Below are positions 35,263-44,400 of a stretch of DNA of 44,894 nucleotides, piece after piece (positions within the stretch are counted from its first letter, which is position 1; each line of letters starts with the position of its first letter). This DNA is from a virus (lineage: Duplodnaviria; Caudoviricetes), in IMG/VR virus record IMGVR_UViG_3300037423_001351, positions 1 to 44,894 of that record, one strand, 5' to 3'. Below the pieces are notes generated by a model. The model saw only the letters and a program-made list of their open reading frames with translations, was not told the DNA's origin and made no database searches. The translations under genes were made by a program, and so were the position numbers.

Positions 35263-35429
35263 CCGAAGAAGCCGCCCCAGTAGAGGAGGCTGCAGTGAAC
35301 GCACGATGCGACCACCGTCCAGCCGAAGCTATATTTGCCGGTGCGCGGCTGGCCGTCCTTCGCGATTGCGACGCCGAGCCCGAAGAGAAGTAGGGCCAGG
35401 ACGATCATTTGCGGTGCATGGAAAGTCAC
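35259..35429 (-). CDS. small two-TM protein (56 aa)
   Basis: hand translation ...DGQPRTGKYSF...LLYWGGFFG; GAGG SD; ATGA overlap downstream. Confidence 0.65.
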   Translation of the reverse strand: MTFHAPQMIVLALLLFGLGVAIAKDGQPRTGKYSFGWTVVASCVHCSLLYWGGFFG

Positions 35430-35462
35430 GTCAATTTCCTCGCTTTGAATGTGTGTCGTTAG

Positions 35463-35861
35463 CTATGCACTAGCTCGCTTCTTTCGAGTGTGCAAGGTGG
35501 GACCGAGATATTTTTGGTGGAAACGTGAGAGTGGGACGAGACGCAGCGCTCGCCCTCGGTAGCTCGTGCGGCCCCTGGATAGCGTCTCGTCGAAGAAGTC
35601 CGAGAGCAGCGTGACGTAAACTGTGCGGAGATCCTCGACCACGACCATGACGACATTGGTGGCGTGCTTGTCGCGCACCCGCTGCAGCAGGAGCTTGTCG
35701 ACTCCGAGCCCAGCCTGACCCGCCTCGATCGCTGCAGTGATGGACTTCTCGCGGCCGCGCCAAACGTCGACGCCTTTCTGCTCAACGATCAGCAGGCGGA
35801 CGCCAGCTTCATTCTCGACCAGCTTTCCCGCTACGCGCGGTGCGACCTTGACCAAGCCCAA
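35463..35861 (-). CDS. hypothetical protein
   Basis: ORF on coding strand; start uncertain. Confidence 0.7.
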   Translation of the reverse strand: MGLVKVAPRVAGKLVENEAGVRLLIVEQKGVDVWRGREKSITAAIEAGQAGLGVDKLLLQRVRDKHATNVVMVVVEDLRTVYVTLLSDFFDETLSRGRTSYRGRALRLVPLSRFHQKYLGPTLHTRKKRASA

Positions 35862-36390
35862 TCGCTTCCATCCCTTGCTGATAGGTCGCAAGAGGCGTGC
35901 TGTGGACGCGGAGAAGGTAAATGGCGGTAAGGGTCGTGTCTGCGTGGATGATGCGGGGGCCATAATTCTGTCTCATCCAGGCGCCGAGCTCAGTCGGTGC
36001 CTTGTTGGGTGGGGTGTCGAGCATGATGTGGTTCGCCGCGGCGTGCAGCCGAAGCATGTCCACGATGGGGCCGTGCGTATGGTAGAGGACCAGGGCATGG
36101 CCGAAAATCTCGCGCTTCTTGCTGTTGTAGAGCGCAACGCCCTGCCAAATTCGTAGACGCTCGGTCCATGCGCGACCGACGCGTATCGTGTTCGCCACAT
36201 GATCGAGGCCGGTCTCGTCGGTGAACGGGAGCGCCGGCACGAACTCGGTGCAGAGGGTCTCGAAGCTGGCGTCGGGACACACGTCGCGGCTAGCGCAGTG
36301 GTCACAGATGCGCTTGCCAGCGCCGGAGCGGTAAGCCCCGTCGCTGTCTCGGCGCACCTGACGCGTGTCGGTGTCAATCTCGATTCTCAC
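35809..36390 (-). CDS. Cys-containing hypothetical protein
   Basis: CDHC....VC...C cluster, NTIR.G..W. Confidence 0.75.
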   Translation of the reverse strand: MRIEIDTDTRQVRRDSDGAYRSGAGKRICDHCASRDVCPDASFETLCTEFVPALPFTDETGLDHVANTIRVGRAWTERLRIWQGVALYNSKKREIFGHALVLYHTHGPIVDMLRLHAAANHIMLDTPPNKAPTELGAWMRQNYGPRIIHADTTLTAIYLLRVHSTPLATYQQGMEAIGLGQGRTARSGKAGRE

Positions 36391-36431
36391 TGTCTCACCT
36401 TAGACCGAAGCGCATGTGTGTCGCTTGGCTT

Positions 36432-36632
36432 TTACTGCGGAACACCCTTCGGTGTGACCGAGGTTGGGTTCACGAAGAGTCCGAGGAAGTCTCCGTAGAT
36501 ACCCTGCTCGCCGGTGCCGGTCCAAAGGGTGATCGCGATGTTGCCGTGAGAGCTGTCGACGCGGTAGCTCCTGGCGGTCGGAAAGTGCATGGTGCAGCCG
36601 CGCTTGTCGCGGACGATGATGCCCTTATCCAT
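36432..36632 (-). CDS. hypothetical protein
   Basis: TGATG coupling. Confidence 0.6.
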   Translation of the reverse strand: MDKGIIVRDKRGCTMHFPTARSYRVDSSHGNIAITLWTGTGEQGIYGDFLGLFVNPTSVTPKGVPQ

Positions 36633-36967
36633 CACGCGCGAGCTCCCACCTGGCGCTTGCCAGTTTCCTTCTTGAGCATCCGCTCCATCATGAACGCGGA
36701 GCCCTCGGTAGTCGCTAGGATGTAGACCACTCCCGTAAGGCAGACTTTCCAGAACGCGCCTTGTGTAAGGCTATTCCAGACCGCACCATACAAGAGCACC
36801 TGGACGAAGAACCAAACGCCGTTCGAGGCCCAGCTGCAGCGCCGATGGTAGTTCACGTCCGCACTGTTGCGCGAGCGGCTGACAGCGGTGAACGCCATGT
36901 TCTGGACGAAGGCCGCCGCGGCGAGAAGCGGCAGCAGCACATAGATGGGGAGATTGGTCAGACTCAT
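36632..36967 (-). CDS. multi-TM membrane protein
   Basis: about three hydrophobic segments, FT.VSRSRNS motif; AAGGAG SD. Confidence 0.75.
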   Translation of the reverse strand: MSLTNLPIYVLLPLLAAAAFVQNMAFTAVSRSRNSADVNYHRRCSWASNGVWFFVQVLLYGAVWNSLTQGAFWKVCLTGVVYILATTEGSAFMMERMLKKETGKRQVGARA

Positions 36968-37584
36968 GCTTGCTTTACTCCTTCCCAATCTGCGAGCGGC
37001 CCCTCGATGCCGAGATACCAGTCGGACGCAGCCTTGGTGATGATGGGAACGTGACCGATCGGCCAGTAAACGCCGATCACGTTGTTGAGATTGTCGACGC
37101 CATTCCAGCGGTAGACGCGAACCTCACCGAACTGTGCGCTCGTGGCGCACCCCGCGGTGTTCTTGCAGCGGACGAGGCCCAGCTCCGTGATTGGAGCAAG
37201 CGCATACTGCGGAGGGTTGGGTTCGATGATCGACGCCAGCATCGACGCGACCGGCGTGGATCCAGAGCTGACAACGAGGCCGACCTTGAGCGTCTGCCCG
37301 TAGGCGGTCGTGGTCACATGCGTCGGGATCAGAATGGTGGCCGACACCTGCTGTGGCGCGAAGTTTACAAGGACGCTGGTGAAGTCGTAATCCGTGTTGA
37401 CCTTGGCCGTGTTGTCCTTGGTCGAGAGAATTACGCTGTCAGCCTTGCTCGTGTCCGACCGATTGACGGTCATGCGAATTGGCTGACCCGCCGGCGGTGA
37501 GCTGGCATAGAGCGTATACGGTGCGGCGTTGGCTGAAGTAGCCAGCACAAGAGCGCTGGCTATCAGGAGGAGTTTCCTCATCAT
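36964..37584 (-). CDS. secreted protein with Calx-beta-like domain
   Basis: signal peptide MRKLLLIASALVLATSANA; TKDNTAK.NTDY....LVNFAPQQ.SATI.IP resembles the Calx-beta consensus. Confidence 0.6.
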   Translation of the reverse strand: MMRKLLLIASALVLATSANAAPYTLYASSPPAGQPIRMTVNRSDTSKADSVILSTKDNTAKVNTDYDFTSVLVNFAPQQVSATILIPTHVTTTAYGQTLKVGLVVSSGSTPVASMLASIIEPNPPQYALAPITELGLVRCKNTAGCATSAQFGEVRVYRWNGVDNLNNVIGVYWPIGHVPIITKAASDWYLGIEGPLADWEGVKQA

Positions 37585-38621
37585 GCTGCGGCACTCTCTG
37601 CTTTCTTCGCCTCGGCGATGTCGATCAGCTTATCGACGCTCGTCGGATCGGCGTTCAGGTGGGCGAGGAAGTTGTCTTTGCCCTGGATGCGCGAACCTTC
37701 CCAGGTGAACCACGCGCCGCCCTGAATGCCCAGTTGGGTCAGGTAGTCCGCGCCGATATGCTCGACCATCGAGGCACACACGTCGATGTAGCCAGTGCCG
37801 TCCGGCTTGAACTTGAACACGAAGTCCTCCTTGAGGAAGGGACGGTGCGTCTTGTTCTTGACGGTCTCGGCGGTGATGTTCTGGCCGGTGACCTCCTTTG
37901 TTTTCTTGTCACGCTCCATCTGCCGGCCGAGCCAAATCCGAACCGAGCAGTAGTAGGGGAGCGAGTCTCCACCAGGCGTATAGCGGGGGTCGCCGTAAGC
38001 AACGCCGGGCTTGGTGCGAATCTGGTTGAGAAAGATCGCGAGGATGTTGTTGTTCTCGACGAAGTTGGCGAACGCCGGGAGCTCCTGCGAGCTCGCGGTT
38101 GCCAGCGCGACCTTCTCGCGCATGTTCATCGCGCCCTCGCCGCGCTCCATCTTCTCGGCGGGCACCATCGCTGCGAAGCTGTCGAACACGCAGACCAGCG
38201 GCGCCTCGAACGGAATGACGTTGGCGGAACGGAGCGTTGACATCCAGTCGATCGAGGCGTCGATCGAGCCCTCGAAGGTATCCGGCCGCTTGTAGGTGAA
38301 GATGCCAGGCTCGATCGAACCGCCGAAGCTGGCGAAGAGATTTTGGTCGAACGTCCGCTCGTGGTCATGGAACGCAGCAGCGCCGCCATGGAGCTGCGCT
38401 TCTTTCATGACGTGCTGTGCGAGCAACGTCTTACCGGACGACGATGGTCCGCTGATCTCGACGATGCGTCCAGACTGGAAGCCACCACCGCGATACTTTC
38501 CGCAGATCATCTCGTCGATGTTGGGGACGCCCGTCGAAAGGCGCAGACCGTAGGTCTTTGCCTCGTCGGACTTAACACCGCCCTTGGCGAGGGCGGCGGC
38601 CATTTGCTCGGCCAAACTCAT
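37581..38621 (-). CDS. recA: RecA/UvsX-family recombinase
   Basis: STG...D, GRIVEISGPSSSGKT, DSFAAMVP.E, NQIR.K.GV.YGDP..TPGG, KNK..RPF. Confidence 0.92.
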   Translation of the reverse strand: MSLAEQMAAALAKGGVKSDEAKTYGLRLSTGVPNIDEMICGKYRGGGFQSGRIVEISGPSSSGKTLLAQHVMKEAQLHGGAAAFHDHERTFDQNLFASFGGSIEPGIFTYKRPDTFEGSIDASIDWMSTLRSANVIPFEAPLVCVFDSFAAMVPAEKMERGEGAMNMREKVALATASSQELPAFANFVENNNILAIFLNQIRTKPGVAYGDPRYTPGGDSLPYYCSVRIWLGRQMERDKKTKEVTGQNITAETVKNKTHRPFLKEDFVFKFKPDGTGYIDVCASMVEHIGADYLTQLGIQGGAWFTWEGSRIQGKDNFLAHLNADPTSVDKLIDIAEAKKAESAAA

Positions 38622-39556
38622 GCGTGAAATTCCTCCATTTGCTCGAAAGGCTTGATGAATGTGTCGAGGCCGCGGAGCAGACCGGACATGCCAAGACGCA
38701 TGCAGAATTGCTCCAGGGCTGGACGGTTGATCGGTTCGCGGGTCGCTTTGATGCCTACCGGAACCGGAATCTTGGGGTGGTTGAGATCCATGAGCTCAAG
38801 CGCCCACTCGAAGCGGTCGCGCAGCTCCCGCGAGCCATGGAAGTCGGTGTATTTCTTGTTGAGTTTCTTCCCCATCCGAAGCGTGGCTTCGTCCAGGTCC
38901 ATGCCCAGGAACTGGTGAACATCGTCGAACGCGGCGAGGAGCTCCAGCGCTCCCTTCTCACCGATGCCGATGCGGGTGACTACATTGTCGCCGGCGTCCC
39001 CCTGCAGTGCCTTCGAGTGGACGAATGCGGTGCGGGTTCGGTAGCCGGTGAACTCCGTGAAGTTGTCCACGGTGCATTTGCGGTCGAGCTTGTGATCGAG
39101 CCACGCAACCCCAGGCTGCACGATCTGCAGCCAGTCTTTATCGCCGGTGATGAGACTGACCATGTTGCCCCTCGCGACCGTCTGTCGCGAGAGGATCGCC
39201 GCGAGATCGTCGGCTTCCATGTTGCCCGCGATCAGCTGCTTCACGCCCAGGTAGTGCAGCCCCTCGAACATATACTTGCGCTGGGAGCGGTAGCGCTCGC
39301 GCTCAGCGACTTGTTCAGCGGTAGCGGTGCGATTGCCCTTGTAGTCGGCGAAGCGCTCGTAGCGCCAGCTGCGGCCGTCCCACAGCACGACCGGCTCGGT
39401 CGAGACCCTGGCGCGCATCAGCCTGTGCATCGATTGAAGCATGCCGAAGATCGCGGTGGTCTCCTGACCGCCTGCTACGAGCTTGCCCTTCTTGCCAAGG
39501 CCATGCTGCGCGGCGTGTCCGACCGAGTTGCCGTCAATGATCGTCAACTGCTTCAA
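38618..39556 (-). CDS. 5'-3' exonuclease / flap endonuclease (PolA N-terminal, T5 D15-like)
   Basis: IIDGN, WDG.SWR, YKGNR, EADD, TGDKDWLQ, GD.GDN, GIGEKGA. Confidence 0.92.
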   Translation of the reverse strand: MKQLTIIDGNSVGHAAQHGLGKKGKLVAGGQETTAIFGMLQSMHRLMRARVSTEPVVLWDGRSWRYERFADYKGNRTATAEQVAERERYRSQRKYMFEGLHYLGVKQLIAGNMEADDLAAILSRQTVARGNMVSLITGDKDWLQIVQPGVAWLDHKLDRKCTVDNFTEFTGYRTRTAFVHSKALQGDAGDNVVTRIGIGEKGALELLAAFDDVHQFLGMDLDEATLRMGKKLNKKYTDFHGSRELRDRFEWALELMDLNHPKIPVPVGIKATREPINRPALEQFCMRLGMSGLLRGLDTFIKPFEQMEEFHA

Positions 39557-39696
39557 CGGGAAATCCTTGAAATAGAGGGGAGCGCGGCCGCACGGTTTAT
39601 CAGCCCGCCGCAGCGCTCCCCTACTGTCGCGGCAGCCTCGCAGGCATGCACCGCGCATCACCGGCGGGCAGGGTGCCCACCCGCCGGCACCTTCGC

Positions 39697-40767
39697 TTAG
39701 CTCAACGACGCCAGGATGGAGTCGAGGTCCGGTTCACCGGCGGCTGCAGGCTGCGGAGCAACCGGAGCCGGGGTTTCTGCGACCGGAGCAGCAGCCACAG
39801 GAGCGGCGGCCACCGGGGCAGCAGCAACCGGAGCCGGGGCGGCGGCCGGCGGTGCGACCTCCTCATATTCCGCGTCGATCGCGTGGGTGACCATCGCGGG
39901 CTGCGGAGCAACCGGAGCAGGCGCAGCTGCGGTCACCGGGGCCGCGACAGGGGCCGCTGCAGTGGCGGGGGCTGCGACCGGAGCAGCAGCAGTCGCCGGA
40001 GCAGGGAGAGCCTGCGGGGTCGGCGTTCCAGCGGTCAGCTGTGGCGGTGCGACCGAGATACCCACCGAAGCGTTCAACTTCGCCAGAGCCTCGAAGCAGC
40101 GCGCTTCCTTGCCCTCGAACAGCGCCTGGATCCAAGCGTCGAGATCGATCACCTTGTCGAGGATCGCCTGACCGATCGGAGCCTGTTTCGGCGTGACCGC
40201 CCAAGTGTAGCTCGTTTCTTTCGCCTGGCCGGTGCGCTCGACCTGATAGATGTGGCCCGTCGCAGGGTCGAACACGTCGACGCCAGTGTCGGCCCAAACC
40301 ATCGCCTGGGCGAGAATGCCCTCGTCGAACGCGGTCTCGCTGACTTCGATCAACACCGGCTCATTCGGCGACTGGTTGGGGTCGTCGAGAATGACCGCGC
40401 AGAAGATGATACGCGGGTTCGCGAGCATCTCCTGATAGTGCTTCTTCACTTCGTCGGTCGGCGCAGCGCGCATTGCCTGGAAGAGCATGTCGCGAACGGG
40501 GTCAGCCTGACCGTAGGTGATCTCGCGATCTCCGATCGAACCGATGTTCTTGCCGTCGAACGACTTCAAGAAGGTCTGACCGAACCGACGCTCGATGCCC
40601 ATCGTGCCCGGCGCGATGTTGGCGGGATAACCCGGCTGCGGGAGGATACGGAACAGCGTCCGGCCCGCGCGGAACTTATACGGACGAAGACCCTTCGACC
40701 GCCCTGCGGCGATCTCGCCGCGACGAAGCGCGAGACGCTCCGCGATTGACATTGCACCCTGACTCAT
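39697..40767 (-). CDS. putative single-stranded DNA-binding protein (gp32-like)
   Basis: FRILP motif, G.....ERTG....T.Y, Ala/Pro linker and DLDSILASL tail; position between recombination genes. Confidence 0.65.
   Translation of the reverse strand: MSQGAMSIAERLALRRGEIAAGRSKGLRPYKFRAGRTLFRILPQPGYPANIAPGTMGIERRFGQTFLKSFDGKNIGSIGDREITYGQADPVRDMLFQAMRAAPTDEVKKHYQEMLANPRIIFCAVILDDPNQSPNEPVLIEVSETAFDEGILAQAMVWADTGVDVFDPATGHIYQVERTGQAKETSYTWAVTPKQAPIGQAILDKVIDLDAWIQALFEGKEARCFEALAKLNASVGISVAPPQLTAGTPTPQALPAPATAAAPVAAPATAAAPVAAPVTAAAPAPVAPQPAMVTHAIDAEYEEVAPPAAAPAPVAAAPVAAAPVAAAPVAETPAPVAPQPAAAGEPDLDSILASLS
39740..40005 (-). repeat. low-complexity Ala/Pro-coding repeats
   Basis: ggctgcggagcaaccggagc twice; (AAAPV)n. 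Confidence 0.8.
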
Positions 40768-40850
40768 AATCTTCACTTTCTCCTTAGCGTAGGTGTGTTG
40801 TTAATAACGCACCGAGAGCACAACTGCTCTTGGCTTTTCAAATGGCTTCG

Positions 40851-41390
40851 CTACGCAACCGAAGCCGGTGGTTGGTAAGTGGGGTCGCGCTCTTGTCGGC
40901 GAGCGTGGTAGCTAGCCGCGTTCTCTTGCGCGCTCCGAATGATGGTGTTGCTCTTCAGTTCGGCGCCCTTGAGGTATGCGCCCGAGGAGAGCAGATCGCG
41001 GCGAGCCTTGAAGGCGTCGTTCGCGATGCGGCAGATGCCCTCGATCTCGTCGGCATCGATCTTGATGTGCTGCGAGGCAATCCAGCGCGGGTCGGTCGCG
41101 ACCGCGGCTTTCACCATCTCGGCGGTCACCCTGGTGGGGGTCTTGTTCGTGCCCGCAACTTCTTCACGAGCGGTCTCTTCGAGCTTCTTACGAATCTCCT
41201 GGGTGATACGACCCTCGATCTCGGCGACCTTGAGCGCCACCTTCTTCGCCTGCTTCTGCGCGAGCATGTATTGGGCTCCGTAGTAAGCAACACGGCCAGG
41301 CGCTTTGCGCATCGCCTCGTTGATGTCGTCGGTATCCTGCTCAAGCTCTTTGAGGAAACTGTCGAGTTCGATGTATCGCTCTAGCTGCAT
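40851..41390 (-). CDS. UvsY-like helical recombination mediator (putative)
   Basis: helical pattern YYG...T..MV.AAV..DP.W...AF..RRD.L; adjacent to SSB. Confidence 0.55.
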   Translation of the reverse strand: MQLERYIELDSFLKELEQDTDDINEAMRKAPGRVAYYGAQYMLAQKQAKKVALKVAEIEGRITQEIRKKLEETAREEVAGTNKTPTRVTAEMVKAAVATDPRWIASQHIKIDADEIEGICRIANDAFKARRDLLSSGAYLKGAELKSNTIIRSAQENAASYHARRQERDPTYQPPASVA

Positions 41391-41415
41391 TGTGTCCCTT
41401 GTCTCTATGTGTGTG

Positions 41416-41444
41416 TTACTAGCTATGCAGTGCGCAGTCGTCAA
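41416..41444 (-). promoter_or_regulatory. sigma70-like promoter overlapped by 18-bp box
   Basis: TTGACG-N17-TAGTAA on minus strand. Confidence 0.6.
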
Positions 41445-41448
41445 GCGC

Positions 41449-44400
41449 TTAATTTGGGTTCACGAGCTCGGCGGCTGATTGGAAGACGGCCGTCAACTGA
41501 TCGGTCATTTCCGGGTTGTGGTAGAGCCTGGTCGGATTGAAGCCGACGATCACCGTGGCATCGAGCTGACCGCTGAAAGCCTTGTGTCCGATCGCCTCGC
41601 CAGGCTTTTTGATGTCCGGGAAGAACGCCTTGATTGAGGCATTCCCCAACAGAACAATCACCGGCGGCTTCAAGACCTCGATCTCCTTGAACAGAAAGGG
41701 CAGGGAGATCGCGCGCTCAGTCGGCGGCACTTCTTTCTCAGCCTTCGCCTTCGGTCGGCGAGCGCAGTAGGACAGCACACAGTCGTCCCACTTGAGACCG
41801 GCGGCGTTCAGCGACGGCGCGACGAACTCACGGAAGCTGTGCTGGTCCTTCGGGTGCTGGTAGTCGTTGAACGGGTGGTCGAGGATTAGCATGAGCTTCG
41901 GCGTGTTGCCGACCTTGGTGTCCACCACCTGGATCTCCGGCATCGCCTCGCACATCTCCGCATAGATGTCCGTCAGCTTGTCATAGGCGACTTCACAGAC
42001 GCGGATGTCCCGGTCGGCGATCACGCCCTGGTCGGTGAGGTCCGGCATCAGCTCGATCTGGTCCTTCTGACGGCTCGTGTCGGTGGCTGGCAGCTGACCC
42101 GGCTCGATGCGAGCGAAAGCACCGACGCGATCGAGATTCTCCATCGCCTTTGAGTTGACCGCCCTGGCTTCAACGCGGTTTCTGAAGTCCTCCATCGAGG
42201 CGAACGGACCTGGCCCCCAGCTGTGCTGTATCATCTGGCGAGCCTTGCCCCGCAGACCGTTGCTGGTCTCGGTGATTACAGGCTCGGTCGCTGCTCGCGC
42301 GGCCATGATCGCTGACGCGCCCTTCTCGCTGACGCCCATGACGGCTGACAGCGGTGCGCTGATGGTCAGGTCATTGAGCGGCTCGAACTGGTGGGTCGAG
42401 TTGTTCACGTCCGGCGGGAGAACCGTGATTCCATCCTTCTTCGCCTGCTTGACGATCGACGGCAGCGTGGAGCTCGCGATGCCCATGGAGGCGGCATAGA
42501 ACTCCACGAGGTAGTGCGCCTTGATGTAGGCGGCCTGATAGGAGATCAGCGTGTATTCGACCGCGTGAGAGCGGTTGAAGGCGTAGCCGGCGAAGCCTTC
42601 GATGTCGGTGAAGAGCTTGTCGGCCGCGGCCTGGTCCATGCCGGAGAGCGTCACCGCACCGTTCACGAACTTGTCGCGCTGTTTCGCCATTTCCTCGGGC
42701 AGCTTCTTGCCCATGATCTTGCGCAGCATGTCCGCTTCACCTGGCGTGTAACCAGAGAGGACGCGCGACACCTGCATCACCTGTTCCTGGTAGCAGATCA
42801 CGCCGAAGGTGGGCTTGAGGATGTCTTCGAGCTTGGGATGCGGATAGGTGATCGCTTCGATACCTGCCCGGCGTCGAACGTATGCCTCGGTCAGACCCGC
42901 ATCGAGCGGACCTGGACGGTTCAACGCGTTCAGCGCGACGAGATCCTCGAACGTCAGCGGGTGGCTCTTCGCCATTTCCTTGAGCAGCCGGCGCACCGAA
43001 CCGCCCTCGAACTGGAAGACACCTGCTGTCTTAGCGGTCGTGAAGATGTCCAGGGTCGCAGCGTCGTCGAGCGGAATGGCGTTGATGTCGAGCTTCACGC
43101 TATGGCGGGCGAAGATCAGCTTGATCGCCTGGTCGAACATATCGAGCGTGGACAAGCCCAGCACGTCGAGCTTGATGAGGCCCTGTTCTTCGCTGGTCCG
43201 CTTGTCCCAGTTGATGACTCTGGCGTCTCCGCGTTTCTCGATCACAGAGCGCTCGACGATCGGGATGCCCGCGACGACGATCCCCGCGGCGTGGGTGCCG
43301 TAAGTGCGCATCTTCCCTTCGAGGGTCGCGGCGATGCTCCAGACACCGGGATTGGCCTTTGCCCACTCGTCGAGCTCCGGCGCATTCTCGCGCGCTTCTG
43401 TCAGCGAATGGGTGACACCGTGCGTGTCGCCGATGTGATGCTTCACCCTTGACGGGTCAGCGCCGAATATCTTGCTCACATCGTTGAGAGCCGACCTGGC
43501 ACCCAAGGTGTTGTAGTTGACGATGCCGGCAACCTTGTCGGCGCCCCAACGCTGCACGAGATAGTCGACCACTTCCTGTCGGCGAGTGGACATGAAGTCG
43601 AGATCGGCGTCGGGGAGATCGAGGCGGTCGGGGTTGATGAACCGCTCGAAGAGGAGATCGAACCGGATGGGGTCAACGTCTGTGATGCCCATCAGGTAAG
43701 CAACGAGCGAGCCACCCACAGAACCTCGGCCGGGGCCGACATAGATCCCATTGCGCTTCGACCACTGCACGAGATCCTGCACGAGCAGGAAGTATTGCGC
43801 GAAGCCCAGGCGCTTCAATGTGTCCAGCTCGAACTGGAGGCGGGGCAGATAGTTTGCCTGGAGCTCCGCGACGGTCGGTTGGTGCGCGAGGACCGGCTTG
43901 CTGAACCGCTCGCTCCAGCCCTTCTTGCATTCCTTCACGAGCTCGGCGTCTGGATCTGCGGCGAGGACGGGGAGCGATGCGTCCTGCTTCGACCATTTGT
44001 AGCCGCTGCAGAGCTGCACGAGCTTGTCCGTATTCTTGAGGCCGTCATGGAAGTCGGCTTTGACGTTCTCCTTGTAGCGCTCCTCGATCTTCCTGGCCGC
44101 GTTTACCGCACCCAAGGCGAGCTCGCTCGCGGTGAACGGCTGATAGCCGGTCGCCGGCCGGAGATAGTCGGGGTAGGGGCGCCGCTCTGCGATCGAGGCG
44201 ATCACCGAATAGGAGAGGGACTGACCAGTTTCGAGCCAGCAAACCGGAGCACTGACAAGCGGCTCGAAACCGAGCGCTCGTCCGATCTTGATCGCTCGAC
44301 GGTTCTGTCGCGAGAAGTAGGGCGTTCCGTATGGGGCAAGCTCGTAGAAGCGCGCTGCGAAGCGTTTCGCTGCGACCAGTCTCGCTAGACCTTTGACCGC

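Larger units (their letters stand above)
39..41429. promoter_or_regulatory. dispersed 18-bp pseudo-palindromic box TGTGTY-N6-YAYGCA (~17 copies)
   Basis: starts at 39, 8367, 9400, 10300, 11928, 12316, 14228, 16577, 17792, 19896, 22217, 23845, 29680, 35452, 40794, 41412; inverted copy 1493-1510. Confidence 0.85.

Noticed and set aside
9126-38621. Several proteins ending in -AA (LLAA, KIAA, ALAA, VGAA, SAAA) as ClpXP degrons
   Set aside because: Several are explained by GCATGA stop/start overlaps and Ala-rich composition; not distinguishable from chance here.
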